Part shown: positions 1 through 8,900 of the stretch, piece by piece
Layout of the letters: every line of letters starts with the position of its first letter
How positions within the stretch are numbered: position 1 is the stretch's first letter
From: Candidatus Sumerlaeaceae bacterium
Lineage (GTDB): Bacteria; Sumerlaeota; Sumerlaeia; Sumerlaeales; Sumerlaeaceae
NCBI GenBank assembly: GCA_051003195.1
Contig: JBPCLP010000008.1
Location: 28,154 to 92,153, forward strand
Direction of reading: 5' to 3'
Length of the DNA: 64,000 bases
The notes under the pieces: generated by a model
Told to the model about the DNA's origin: nothing
Database searches by the model: none
Seen by the model: only the letters and a program-made list of their open reading frames with translations
Program-made: the position numbers and the translations under genes

Positions 1-381
1 GCAGATCTGCCGGGCGCATGGAACGATAAGGTGGAGTCTTTTCTTGGGCTGGTGCCGCCCACCGACGCTATGGGATGCCTGCAGGACATCCACTGGAGCA
101 GTGGCGCGATTGGGTATTTTCCGACTTACACGCTTGGCAACCTGATTGCGGCGCAACTCTTCGAGACTGCAAAACGTAATGTCGCAGACCTGGAGGAAGG
201 ATTTGGGAGGGGTGATTTTGTCCCACTTCTGAAGTGGCTGCGAGAGAACGTACACCAGCACGGAAAACGTTACAGCGCCGGGCAACTCGTGCAGCAGGCG
301 ACCGGAGCTTCGTTGAGCGCGGCCCCGCTGCTACGGCACCTGCGCACAAAGGCACACGAGTATTACGGCGTTTCTGCATAA
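1..381 (+). CDS. M32 metallocarboxypeptidase (carboxypeptidase Taq family), C-terminal fragment; 5' end lies outside the window
   Basis: Reading frame is open from nt 1 (ADLPGAWNDKVESFLGL...). C-terminal HWSSGAIGYFPTYTLGNLIAAQ block is typical of M32 carboxypeptidases. Stop at 379-381. Confidence 0.7.
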   Translation, partial: ADLPGAWNDKVESFLGLVPPTDAMGCLQDIHWSSGAIGYFPTYTLGNLIAAQLFETAKRNVADLEEGFGRGDFVPLLKWLRENVHQHGKRYSAGQLVQQATGASLSAAPLLRHLRTKAHEYYGVSA

Positions 382-537
382 GGGGGCTGTGGGGTTTTAG
401 CCGGCGAATCGAGCTCCGCTTTGCGTGTGCCTGGTCAGAAAGAGCAGACACTCCCTGCAAGGGCATAGTTCTGGCGATGTTCGCCGGATTGTTGTAATAA
501 GTGCCCGGCCTGCGCTGACCTAAGAGAGGGGCAAGTT

Positions 538-924
538 ATGGCTATTGCCGCGTGTATTGAAGAATTTTCCGTCGAAACAACGACTGAACAGATTAAGGGT
601 GCTGTGGGGGGGCTGCTTCCAAGGCCCCACTTTAAACCCAGAGTTTCCTATCGAGAGCCTTACTGGTTGGTGACCGTGAGTATATCCCCAAAATTTCGAG
701 GACGCATTCCGTTGCAGGTACAGTTACCTGAACGGGTGGCCGAAGTGCAGGCGAGCCTTGAGAAACTCGGGCTTTTCGTGAGCCCTGAGGATGTGGCCAA
801 TCCCGATCTTGAACACGTACGCTGGCTGATGGCGGCGCCTTCGAGAGTGGAACTGGAAACAGGGCGCACACGGCGCCGCGAGTGGTATGGCAGAGGCTGG
901 CATGGGCTCTCAACTGCCAACTAA
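538..924 (+). CDS. hypothetical protein (128 aa)
   Basis: ORF with an AGAGAGGGG Shine-Dalgarno-like sequence 6 nt upstream of the ATG. No recognisable domain. Its 3' end overlaps the next ORF in another frame. Confidence 0.35.
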   Translation: MAIAACIEEFSVETTTEQIKGAVGGLLPRPHFKPRVSYREPYWLVTVSISPKFRGRIPLQVQLPERVAEVQASLEKLGLFVSPEDVANPDLEHVRWLMAAPSRVELETGRTRRREWYGRGWHGLSTAN

Positions 925-1192
925 TAAAATCGACGAGGTTCTCGCGCCCGTCCTGATGCGACACCCGGGCTTTTCCCTGGAGCAGTCGTCGCTGATAGAC
1001 TCGGTCTGGTCGGGTCGTATTCGCCGTGGGCGCGAACTGCAGAAATTCCGAATGAATGAACTCGAGATTGCATTGCGCGATGCGCTCTACTCAAGCCAGC
1101 TTCAGTTGCGAAGTGCGCGCATCAGCCCCGATTTCATTGAGCTGCAGGTCACCGCGCCAGACGCAAATCCGCCGCAAGGCTTTTGTCTGTAG
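902..1192 (+). CDS. hypothetical protein (about 96 aa; alternative start at 887)
   Basis: ORF in the +2 frame overlapping the end of 538..924. GAGGC precedes the ATG at 902. No recognisable domain. Confidence 0.3.
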   Translation: MGSQLPTNKIDEVLAPVLMRHPGFSLEQSSLIDSVWSGRIRRGRELQKFRMNELEIALRDALYSSQLQLRSARISPDFIELQVTAPDANPPQGFCL

Positions 1193-1210
1193 CAATTAGA
1201 AAGGCCCACT

Positions 1211-1519
1211 ATGAAAGGCATACCTGCGCTTACCGCCATCTCAATAATGGCAGCTTCAGTCTCCTTCGCCCAGACTAGCGGTAGCACCCCAACCGGTACC
1301 GGATCGTCCTCAAAGGCCGCCGGCAGTGCGCCCATTACAAGTACGGGCTCCAGCAGTGCCGATGTGCGAAGCAACAATGCCAGCACCACGGGAACCACAC
1401 GCGGCACTGGCACGGCAGGGCATCCAAGTAATGCCAGCTCGACCGGACAAGCGCATGGTACGGGTACGTTAAAATCCGACACACCGACGTCCGTTTCCGG
1501 GGGCTTATCGACCCGTTAG
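1211..1519 (+). CDS. small secreted low-complexity Ser/Thr/Gly-rich protein
   Basis: N-terminal signal peptide (MKGIPALTAISIMAASVSFAQ) followed by STGT-rich repeats. RBS-like AGAAAGG upstream. Confidence 0.4.
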   Translation: MKGIPALTAISIMAASVSFAQTSGSTPTGTGSSSKAAGSAPITSTGSSSADVRSNNASTTGTTRGTGTAGHPSNASSTGQAHGTGTLKSDTPTSVSGGLSTR

Positions 1520-1671
1520 TCGCGTTGAAGATCCACGCAGCGTGAGGACGGAGTATCGTTGCGGCTGCGCTGCAAGCTTCCTGACGCAGGAGCACGGGCA
1601 AAAAGTACGATGCGGGAATGATTTTCCGTAAAATTTCAATAAGGGAGCCGTCCGGATAGTAGCGCTATCCC

Positions 1672-3321
1672 ATGAGCGAATTGGAGGCAGAAGCGTTGTC
1701 CGGGACGGCCGGACTTCCGAATGCCACACCACTTCGCACTGCTTCGATACATATCCAGGCGTGGGTCCCGCTGCGGCGGTCCCTGTTTCGCGCACTGTGG
1801 CTTGCGTCATTTGTTTCGAATATCGGGTCATTTATGCACGAGGTGGGAGCGGCATGGCTGATGACCGGGCTGAAGCCGATCCCGTGGATGGTTTCGCTGG
1901 TGCAGGCTGCGGCAAACCTGCCGGTTTTTCTGCTCGCATTGCCCGCGGGCGCGATTGCAGACGTGGTGGACCGGCGGCTCCTGATTATCTGGACTCAATT
2001 ATGGATGGGATTCTGCGCCGGTGTCCTCGCAGCTTTTACTTACGCCGATATGACCGGCCCATGGATGCTGCTGACGTTCACCTTTCTTTTGTCGGTCGGC
2101 GGCGCAATGACATGGCCGGCGTGGCAGGCAATTACACCCGAACTGGTGGAGAAACACGAAGTGCCGGCGGCAATCGCGCTGGGTGGAATTGGGTTTAACC
2201 TTTCCCGCATCGTAGGACCGGCGATTGGTGGCTTTATCGTGGGCAGTGCAGGACCCGCAGCCGTGTTCCTTGCGAACGCCCTTTCGTATATTGCGATTGT
2301 CGGCGTGCTGATTGCGTGGCGGCGCAAACCTATCAAGCGCCGCCTGCCGCCGGAGACCATCGTTGGCGCGATGCGTTCGGGTGTGCGTTACCTGCGTTTT
2401 TCTCCGGCACTTCGGGCGATCCTGATCCGCTGCGGCTCGTTCATCCTTTGCTCGGGCTGCTACTGGGCGATCCTGCCGTTGCTGGCACGACAGGACATCG
2501 GGCTGGATTCAACGCACTATGGGCTGCTGCTGGGCTGGTTTGGGGCGGGGGCAGTGGTCGCGGGGCTGGTGCTGCCGAAATTGCGCAAGTATGTGTCCTC
2601 AAACACGCTGGTCACCCTGACGTGTTCGCTTGTGGCGCTGCAAATGGCGGCGCTGGCCTACGTGCGCGAGCGGCACAGCCTGCACCTGATCATGGTGTTT
2701 GGTGGGTTTGTGTGGTCGAGCGCGATGTTGTGCTTCAATATCGCGGTGCTGCACGCGGCACCGGAATGGGTTCGCTCGCGCGCGGCGGCGCTTTTCCTGC
2801 TGGTATTCACGGGCGGCCAGACAGTGAGCAGCATTGTGTGGGGGGCAGTGGCTACGCGCTACTCCATGCCAACGGCGCTGATTGTCGCGGCGGGTGCATT
2901 GCTGGCAGTTGTGGCAATTACCTCTGCATTTTATCGGATGCCGGCGAGCGAGAAGTACAACTTATCGCCTGGCGGTCAGTCGCAGCTTCTCCCGCTGGAC
3001 GATGACCTCGAGCATGATGAAGGGCCGGTGCTCGTCCTGGTTAAATACTTTATACGCGCGCAGGACCTGGATGATTTTCACGCAGCGCTCTGGCCGTTAC
3101 GGCGCATACGCCTGCGTGACGGTGCAAGCCAGTGGGGCCTGTTTCGAGATACCTCGACGCCGGATCTATACGTTGAGACGTTCCTGGTTCCCTCGTGGAT
3201 CGATCATCTGCGGCAACACGAGCGCATGACTGTGGATGACCTGGCTGCCGAAAAGCGGGCGATGGGTTTTCACAGCGGAGATGTCCCACCGGAAGTGGTG
3301 CATTATGTTGCGAGCGGGTAA
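1672..3321 (+). CDS. MFS transporter (EntS/MFS_3-like, 12 TM) with a C-terminal ABM/Dabb-like alpha+beta domain of about 120 aa
   Basis: Twelve hydrophobic segments with MFS-type motifs (GAIADVVDRRLL, GFNLSRIVGPAIGG). The C-terminal region VLVLVKYFIRAQDLDDFHAAL...WGLFRD...DLYVETFLVPSWIDHLRQHER resembles the ferredoxin-like ABM fold. Confidence 0.8.
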   Translation: MSELEAEALSGTAGLPNATPLRTASIHIQAWVPLRRSLFRALWLASFVSNIGSFMHEVGAAWLMTGLKPIPWMVSLVQAAANLPVFLLALPAGAIADVVDRRLLIIWTQLWMGFCAGVLAAFTYADMTGPWMLLTFTFLLSVGGAMTWPAWQAITPELVEKHEVPAAIALGGIGFNLSRIVGPAIGGFIVGSAGPAAVFLANALSYIAIVGVLIAWRRKPIKRRLPPETIVGAMRSGVRYLRFSPALRAILIRCGSFILCSGCYWAILPLLARQDIGLDSTHYGLLLGWFGAGAVVAGLVLPKLRKYVSSNTLVTLTCSLVALQMAALAYVRERHSLHLIMVFGGFVWSSAMLCFNIAVLHAAPEWVRSRAAALFLLVFTGGQTVSSIVWGAVATRYSMPTALIVAAGALLAVVAITSAFYRMPASEKYNLSPGGQSQLLPLDDDLEHDEGPVLVLVKYFIRAQDLDDFHAALWPLRRIRLRDGASQWGLFRDTSTPDLYVETFLVPSWIDHLRQHERMTVDDLAAEKRAMGFHSGDVPPEVVHYVASG

Positions 3322-3408
3322 TGTGGTTCCAAAAGATTCGTTACATATTTTCGGTTTCCGGCGCCCCTTCAGGGCGCGAAAATGGAGTGCTGTAACCCCA
3401 GGGCTGCG

Positions 3409-3432
3409 GATTCCAAAAAGCCGGAATCCTGA
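3409..3432. repeat. 24-nt hairpin-forming direct repeat, copy 1 (GATTCCAAAAAGCCGGAATCCTGA)
   Basis: Read directly from the sequence. Internal palindrome GATTCC...GGAATC. Second copy lies 75 nt downstream. Confidence 0.8.
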
Positions 3433-3483
3433 CCCTGGGCTGTGTTCCGCTGCACCTTCGGTGCAAAAAACCTGAGGGCGGCA

Positions 3484-3507
3484 GAGTCCAAAAAGCCGGA
3501 ATCCTGG
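3484..3507. repeat. 24-nt direct repeat, copy 2 (GAGTCCAAAAAGCCGGAATCCTGG)
   Basis: 22 of 24 positions identical to copy 1. Lies in the intergenic region downstream of the MFS gene. Confidence 0.8.
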
Positions 3508-3542
3508 AATTATGCCGCGAAACTCTGAGACAGCACACCAGG

Positions 3543-3629
3543 GTCTACCGTTACTTCGTAATCTGTTCTGTGTGCCGAATCGAGGGTAAGTTTGCGTTGG
3601 TCTGGTAATGAACTACTGATTCGGCACAA
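3543..3629 (+). repeat. REP/MITE-like intergenic palindromic element, copy 1 (about 87 bp)
   Basis: GTCTACCGTTACTTCGTAATC-TGTTCTGTGTGCCGAATCGAGG...ACTACTGATTCGGCACA. Internal 11-bp inverted repeat TGTGCCGAATC/GATTCGGCACA. Near-identical copies at 5731, 33769 and 39579. Confidence 0.85.
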
Positions 3630-3683
3630 TAGGGGGAAGAGTACCCGCGCGAGTGAACTTTCGCGACGGGGGAAGGATTGTAC

Positions 3684-4199
3684 TTACGCGCGTTTTTTGC
3701 GGGAAGCCTTGCGCCGATCCAAAGTCCTATCCGTAGCGCGGAGATAGTTTTCGAAATCCCGTACGAAGCGTTCCTGGCCGCGTGTCTCGATAGACCCCGG
3801 CCGGGCGGCACGCACCAGGTTGATCGCCTCCTCGGCTGTTTTGCCTGACGCGATGAGGTAACATGCGAGCATCGTTCCCGTGCGACCGTAGCCGCCGCGG
3901 CAGTGCACGGTGATCTGGCGTCCTTCCGCGCGCTGCATTTTCGCGAATTCTACAAACTCCTCGGCCTGCTTGAGTGTCGGCGGGTGGAAGTCGGGAATCG
4001 GCAGGTGCAGATAGTGCAGGCCGTGCTCTGCCACCAGGTGCAGAGGAACTCCGTCTTCATCGAGCGATACCAGCGCTTCTGTCCCGCGATCGCGGAGTTC
4101 GGCCAGCGCCTCGCCGCAATCGCCATAGGAGTCGGGATGGCCACAACCGGCCATCTCCCCTTCCAGCAGGTATCCGAAATTGTTAAGCATCGTGTTCAC
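3684..4199 (-). CDS. dual-specificity / tyrosine protein phosphatase (CX5R family)
   Basis: Active-site signature VHCRGGYGRTG (HCxxGxxR) in a 171-aa protein. Confidence 0.8.
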   Translation of the reverse strand: MNTMLNNFGYLLEGEMAGCGHPDSYGDCGEALAELRDRGTEALVSLDEDGVPLHLVAEHGLHYLHLPIPDFHPPTLKQAEEFVEFAKMQRAEGRQITVHCRGGYGRTGTMLACYLIASGKTAEEAINLVRAARPGSIETRGQERFVRDFENYLRATDRTLDRRKASRKKRA

Positions 4200-4280
4200 G
4201 CTCGCCGACGTGCAGGATTCGCGCGGTAATTCACAACAAAAAAGCGGATCATTGCCCGGCTGCTTCGCGGGCTTTCCACA

Positions 4281-4721
4281 TCAGCAGTAGGTGTTGAAGG
4301 CGTTTACGAGATCTTCGGCGACCTGGTCGGCGCTGCGTCCCTCGATGTTGTGACGCTCGAGCATTGTGACGACTTCGCCGTCTTTCAACAGTGCGATTTG
4401 CGGCGAGGAAGGATTGTAGCCTTTGAAATAGGCGCGCGCCTTTGAAACCGCATCTTTGTCGACACCGGCAAATACCGTCACAATTCGATCGGGCTGCTTT
4501 TCATTCCCCAGGGCCTTGGCGACACCCGGGCGAGCGTTTCCGGCGGCGCAGCCGCACACGCTGTTTACGACAACCAGCACGGTACCCTTATTTTCGCCGA
4601 GGACTTCGTCCACCTGGTCTGGTGTGCGCAGATCTTCGACGCCGAGACGCGTCAGTTCCGCGCGCATGGGTTCGGTCATTTCGGGTGGATACCCGGTTGC
4701 CATCTGGAAGAAATTGGACAT
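4281..4721 (-). CDS. bacilliredoxin-like thiol-disulfide oxidoreductase (YphP/YqiW, DUF1094 family)
   Basis: 146 aa with a CGC redox motif (NSVCGCAAGNARP) and overall BrxA/B-like layout. Confidence 0.65.
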   Translation of the reverse strand: MSNFFQMATGYPPEMTEPMRAELTRLGVEDLRTPDQVDEVLGENKGTVLVVVNSVCGCAAGNARPGVAKALGNEKQPDRIVTVFAGVDKDAVSKARAYFKGYNPSSPQIALLKDGEVVTMLERHNIEGRSADQVAEDLVNAFNTYC

Positions 4722-4795
4722 TTCGTTACTCCTTGGTTTTGCAAATCGTGTGTGTTTCGGTTTCGCCTGCCCAGGCTAAAGCCTGCACATCGAAG

Positions 4796-5692
4796 CTATT
4801 TCGCGGCTGCCTTTTCATACACCATTTCACCGTCGGTCGTCACTATCGTGTGGAAACGTGCGATGAGTTCGCGAGTGACGGGGCCGGGTTTGCCGTCGCC
4901 AATGGGACGCCCATCAATTTTCACGACGGGAATGGCCTCGGCAGCGGTGCCGGTAAGGAAGACTTCGTCGGCATCGTAGACTTCGAAGCGTGTGAAGGGT
5001 TCTTCCTTCACGACCATGCCATCCTTTTCAGCGAGTTCCATGATTGCATCGCGCGTGATACCGCGTAGCGCGCCGAGGTAACAAGGTGGGGTCGTGAGCA
5101 CGCCATCCTTCACGAGGAAAACATTGTCGCCCGTACATTCCACAACGAAGCCGTTGTGGTCGAGCATCAGCGCTTCGCGGACATTGGCAAGCTGGCCTTC
5201 CATCTTGGCCATGATGTTGTTGAGGTAATTGCAGCTCTTTACACGCCCGTTCCATGCGGCCACGTTGAAGCGGTTGCTCGGCACGGTCACGATTTCCAGG
5301 CCGTTATCGTAGTCGGACTGCGGGTAGAGCTTGATGCTGGCCGCGATAATGAAAATGGTCGCCTTGGGGCAGAGCCGAGGGTCGAGTCCAAGGTCGCCGG
5401 TGCCGCGCGTGACAACGAGGCGGATGTAGCCGTCGTTGAGTCCATTGGCGCGAATGGTTTCCACGATCGCGTCGCGCAGCTCTTCGTAGCTCATCGGGAT
5501 TTCGAGCCGTATGTATCTCGCGGACGACCAGAGCCGCTCCAGGTGCTGCTTGAGCCGGAATATACAGCCGTCGTAGATGCGGATACCTTCGAATACGCCG
5601 TCGCCGTACAGTACACAATGATCGAAGACGCTGATTTTAGCGTCCTCTTTGTCATAGAGCTGTCCGTCGATCCACACCTTCATCTGCTGCAT
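4796..5692 (-). CDS. ilvE: branched-chain-amino-acid aminotransferase (PLP fold type IV)
   Basis: 298 aa; class IV aminotransferase blocks (YGDGVFEGIRIY, IRLVVTRG, EVFLTGTAAEA). Confidence 0.9.
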   Translation of the reverse strand: MQQMKVWIDGQLYDKEDAKISVFDHCVLYGDGVFEGIRIYDGCIFRLKQHLERLWSSARYIRLEIPMSYEELRDAIVETIRANGLNDGYIRLVVTRGTGDLGLDPRLCPKATIFIIAASIKLYPQSDYDNGLEIVTVPSNRFNVAAWNGRVKSCNYLNNIMAKMEGQLANVREALMLDHNGFVVECTGDNVFLVKDGVLTTPPCYLGALRGITRDAIMELAEKDGMVVKEEPFTRFEVYDADEVFLTGTAAEAIPVVKIDGRPIGDGKPGPVTRELIARFHTIVTTDGEMVYEKAAAK

Positions 5693-5730
5693 CGGGCGTT
5701 TGCCTCCTGGGTTGGTAAAATCCTAGTGTA

Positions 5731-5819
5731 GTCTACCGTTAGTTCGTAATCAGTTCTGTGTGCCGAATCGAGGTCAAGTCTGGCCTTTAGTCCTCGTAAG
5801 GAACTACTGATTCGGCACA
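5731..5819 (+). repeat. REP/MITE-like intergenic element, copy 2
   Basis: About 90% identical to the copy at 3543 over the core. Sits between the ilvE start and the 3' end of the BNR gene. Confidence 0.85.
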
Positions 5820-5948
5820 TCAGTTAGAGCTTTGGATGCGCTTACATTCGCAGGATTTAGGAACCAATGTGTCGGTGCGGTCCCGACCGGACTCCTGCGC
5901 GCAGACTGGTACCTCCAGCAATGCCAGCGCTGAGCCCGGAGAAATTGC

Positions 5949-8900
5949 CTATTTTAGCATCTGCCAGTCGGACGCGGCGGCAACGCTTTGGATGGAGTAC
6001 TGCTCGGCCTTCAGGCTGTAGTTGTCTATGAACCATCCAGTCGGGCCATTTCGCTTTTCTGTGAAGCCGTTCCAGTTGTAAGTAAATACAACCTGCAGCG
6101 TGTGACCGGCCCATACTGCGGGATCGAGCTCCAGAGTCGTCAGCGTGTAAGGCAGCCCAGGACCGCCGTTCACATACCCGTCCTGGTTGGGATAGGCTGT
6201 ATATGTGCCGTCGAATTTCCCAGTGTAGCCATTTTTAATTTCCAGTACACCGGCAAGTGCACTGGCCATGTCCTGCTGCGAGCCGCCGTCTCTCAGCAGG
6301 AAAACTTTGCCGCCGGCCAGGCCGTAAAGCGATGACGCGTTTGTCTGATCAAACGAGAGGACAATGCGATTCGCGGTGGCAGGAATCAGGCTGACGGGAG
6401 ACTTTAACTGGTCGAGCTGATATTGATAGGGAAACGGCTCTTCGAAATGGGCGCACGTTGCGCCAGTCGCGGGTTTGGAGGTATCTGCCACCCACGCAGA
6501 ATCCACTCCGTTCAAGTTCGTCTGCGTAAATGCTCCGAAGCCACTCTCAAACCCTTCTGAAATATCCAGCAGCGTGGCAGGCACGCCGGAGCGTAACGTG
6601 ACCGGAAGGCTTGCCGCAAAATTGCCTAGATTGCTGGACAGCGTGAGCACCAGGTTGAGCTGGCAGCCGGCCGGAATAGAATCGGGAGTCGTGAACTCGA
6701 ATGCGGTAGAATTGCCCTGGGGGGCGCCACCCTGCGGTAGCGTCGGGTAAACTGACGCGGCCTGTATCACGCCTGCTTCGGTGCTGAAGCTGGCCAGTGC
6801 GGCCACCACACCAGTGGCGTCTTCGGAACCGACATTGCTCAGGTTAATCGTAAGGCGTATTCGTTCATTCCGGTCGATGCTTCCATTGCCATTTCCGCCG
6901 ATGCCGGAGTCGTCGATGGTAACGGAATCGAGCTTGATCTCAGGCCTGCCAACCATCCAGACGCCGCGTCCATGCGTGCCTGCGAGAAGTATCGAACGCG
7001 CATTGTCGATGCAGAGATCATCGACAGCGGAATTGGGTAACCCGGTGGAATAGTTCTGCCAGGAGGTGCCACCTGTCGTGGTACGGTACACGCCGACTTC
7101 TGTACCCAGGTACCACACGGAGGGGTTTGTGGAATCCAACGCAACACAGTTGACCGCGATTGCTGGAAAACCGGCGCTTCGGTTGGTGACGATGGGGCTG
7201 CCGGCTGCATTGGATATCTCATAAACCTGGTTGCTGGTAAAGCGGTAGAACACTGCGATGAAGTGATCAGGGTTTGTTGGATCCACTGCGATATCGGAAC
7301 AGTAGGAGCCATTAGGGTGCGTCGTAACAAGCGTCCATGCCGGGAGAACGGCCGACATGTTGCTGGTGCGAAAGACTTTGCCGCTTTCGAATCCAAGGTA
7401 GCAAATCTCGCCGTTGCCTGGCGCGAACGCGACGGCGGATATTTCATTGCCGGGATCAAGCTTGCCCGTCACATCAGCCCAGGTTGCACCGGTGCGCGCG
7501 GCGGAATTGCGCAGGAGCGAATCTCCGCCGAGCACGAGCATGTTCGGATTTGTGCTGTTCAGTGCGCCCTTTGCATAGAACGGGAAGGAATACGAACTGC
7601 TGGGGAACTGCGTGCTATTCGGCGAGATTTCACTCCAGCCATACCCCTGGATCGAACTGCGATATACGGTGTCGAAGATGTAGCCATTATATACATAACG
7701 GCTGTCGGTTGGGTCCCATAAAGTAAAGCCGCCATCGCCTGCGTTCACCAGGCTCCAAATGCCGGAGCCCAGGTAGCGGCATGTTCCATTATCCTGAGTA
7801 CCTGCGAGGATCTCGAACCTGGTTGGGTGGAGCGCGACCGCGTAGTTGTTGACCTGCAGCAAACCGAGCCCGGTGTTCAGGCTAACCCAGTCCGACACTC
7901 CGGGAGCATCTGTATAAAAAAGGCCGCCGTCGTTGCAGTCATAGAAGCGTGCGCCATCGGGTCGAAACAGTCCAAACTGATGATCGGCATGAAGCGACCT
8001 GTTACTTGCGACGTTTATAAAGTTGGAACTGCCATTCGTGGATCGATAAAGTGGCTGGCTGCCAGAAATATAAATCTCGTTTTCATTAACCGGATTTACC
8101 GCGACATACACGTTGTAGAAGAACTGGCCAGATCCTGAGCTCGCGTTGTAACTGCTGTCGATCTGGTTCCAGATGGCCCCTCCGTTTGTGGACTTGTAGA
8201 TTTTCAATTTGTCGTAATCAGGCGTCTGGGTCGTGAAATCAGTGTCGGCGTTAAAGACGGCGTACATGATGTTCGGGTTGGAAGGAGCCTGTACGAGATC
8301 GGCCAGTCCATCGCGGTGATTTGTGGCAATGCCCGTGTTCTGCTGTACCCAGGTGACACCGTTGTTTGTGGACTTGTAGAGACCTGAAGAGCCGGACGTG
8401 GAACTGGTTCGCGTCGCCCACCAAACCTGATTATTGCTCAAGTCCTGGATCACATTGTTAAAGCGTCCAGCCTGCGCGAGCGTAATGGACTGGAAGGCAT
8501 CGCTGGTGATGTAAATCCCGGCGAACGTCGCGGCAACAATCCTGCGCGTGGGTCCCGTTAAAGTGGTACGGTCGATCGTGATCTGCGCAATTTTTGAGCT
8601 TGCGAGGGTAGCGGACTGCCGGCTCACCCAGTTCGCACCGCTGTCGGTGGAGACGAGAATACCGGCCCCGGATTTCGCATCGCCCGACAACACGGCCTCG
8701 CCGGTGCCAACGTAGATTTCATTCGGAGCACCCTGGTTGACGGTAATACAGCCCGTCGCGAGGCTCGGCTGGTTGTCGGTGAGTGGTGTCCACGTCGCAC
8801 CATGGTTTGTTGTCTTCCACACACCGCCGTCTGCACCGCCGATGTAGAGAGTCTGGTAGGTGGGATCCGACGGATCAAATGCGGCGGACGAAATGCGACC

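Noticed and set aside
1761-3005. Long alternative-frame ORFs (145 aa and 229 aa) inside the MFS transporter gene
   Set aside because: They are embedded in a gene with clear MFS motifs. This is typical high-GC out-of-frame ORF noise.
3409-3507. Possible CRISPR-like direct repeats
   Set aside because: Only two copies of a 24-nt unit, 75 nt apart, internally palindromic, with no cas genes. This is not a CRISPR array. Likewise the 9-bp triplet at 61446 and the heptamer array at 59497 are simple tandem repeats.
3341-3538. 65-aa minus-strand ORF (MCCLRVSRHNSRIPAFW...RIPAFW...)
   Set aside because: Its repeated peptide simply mirrors the duplicated 24-nt hairpin repeat in the DNA, in a structured intergenic spacer. 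It is not a credible gene.
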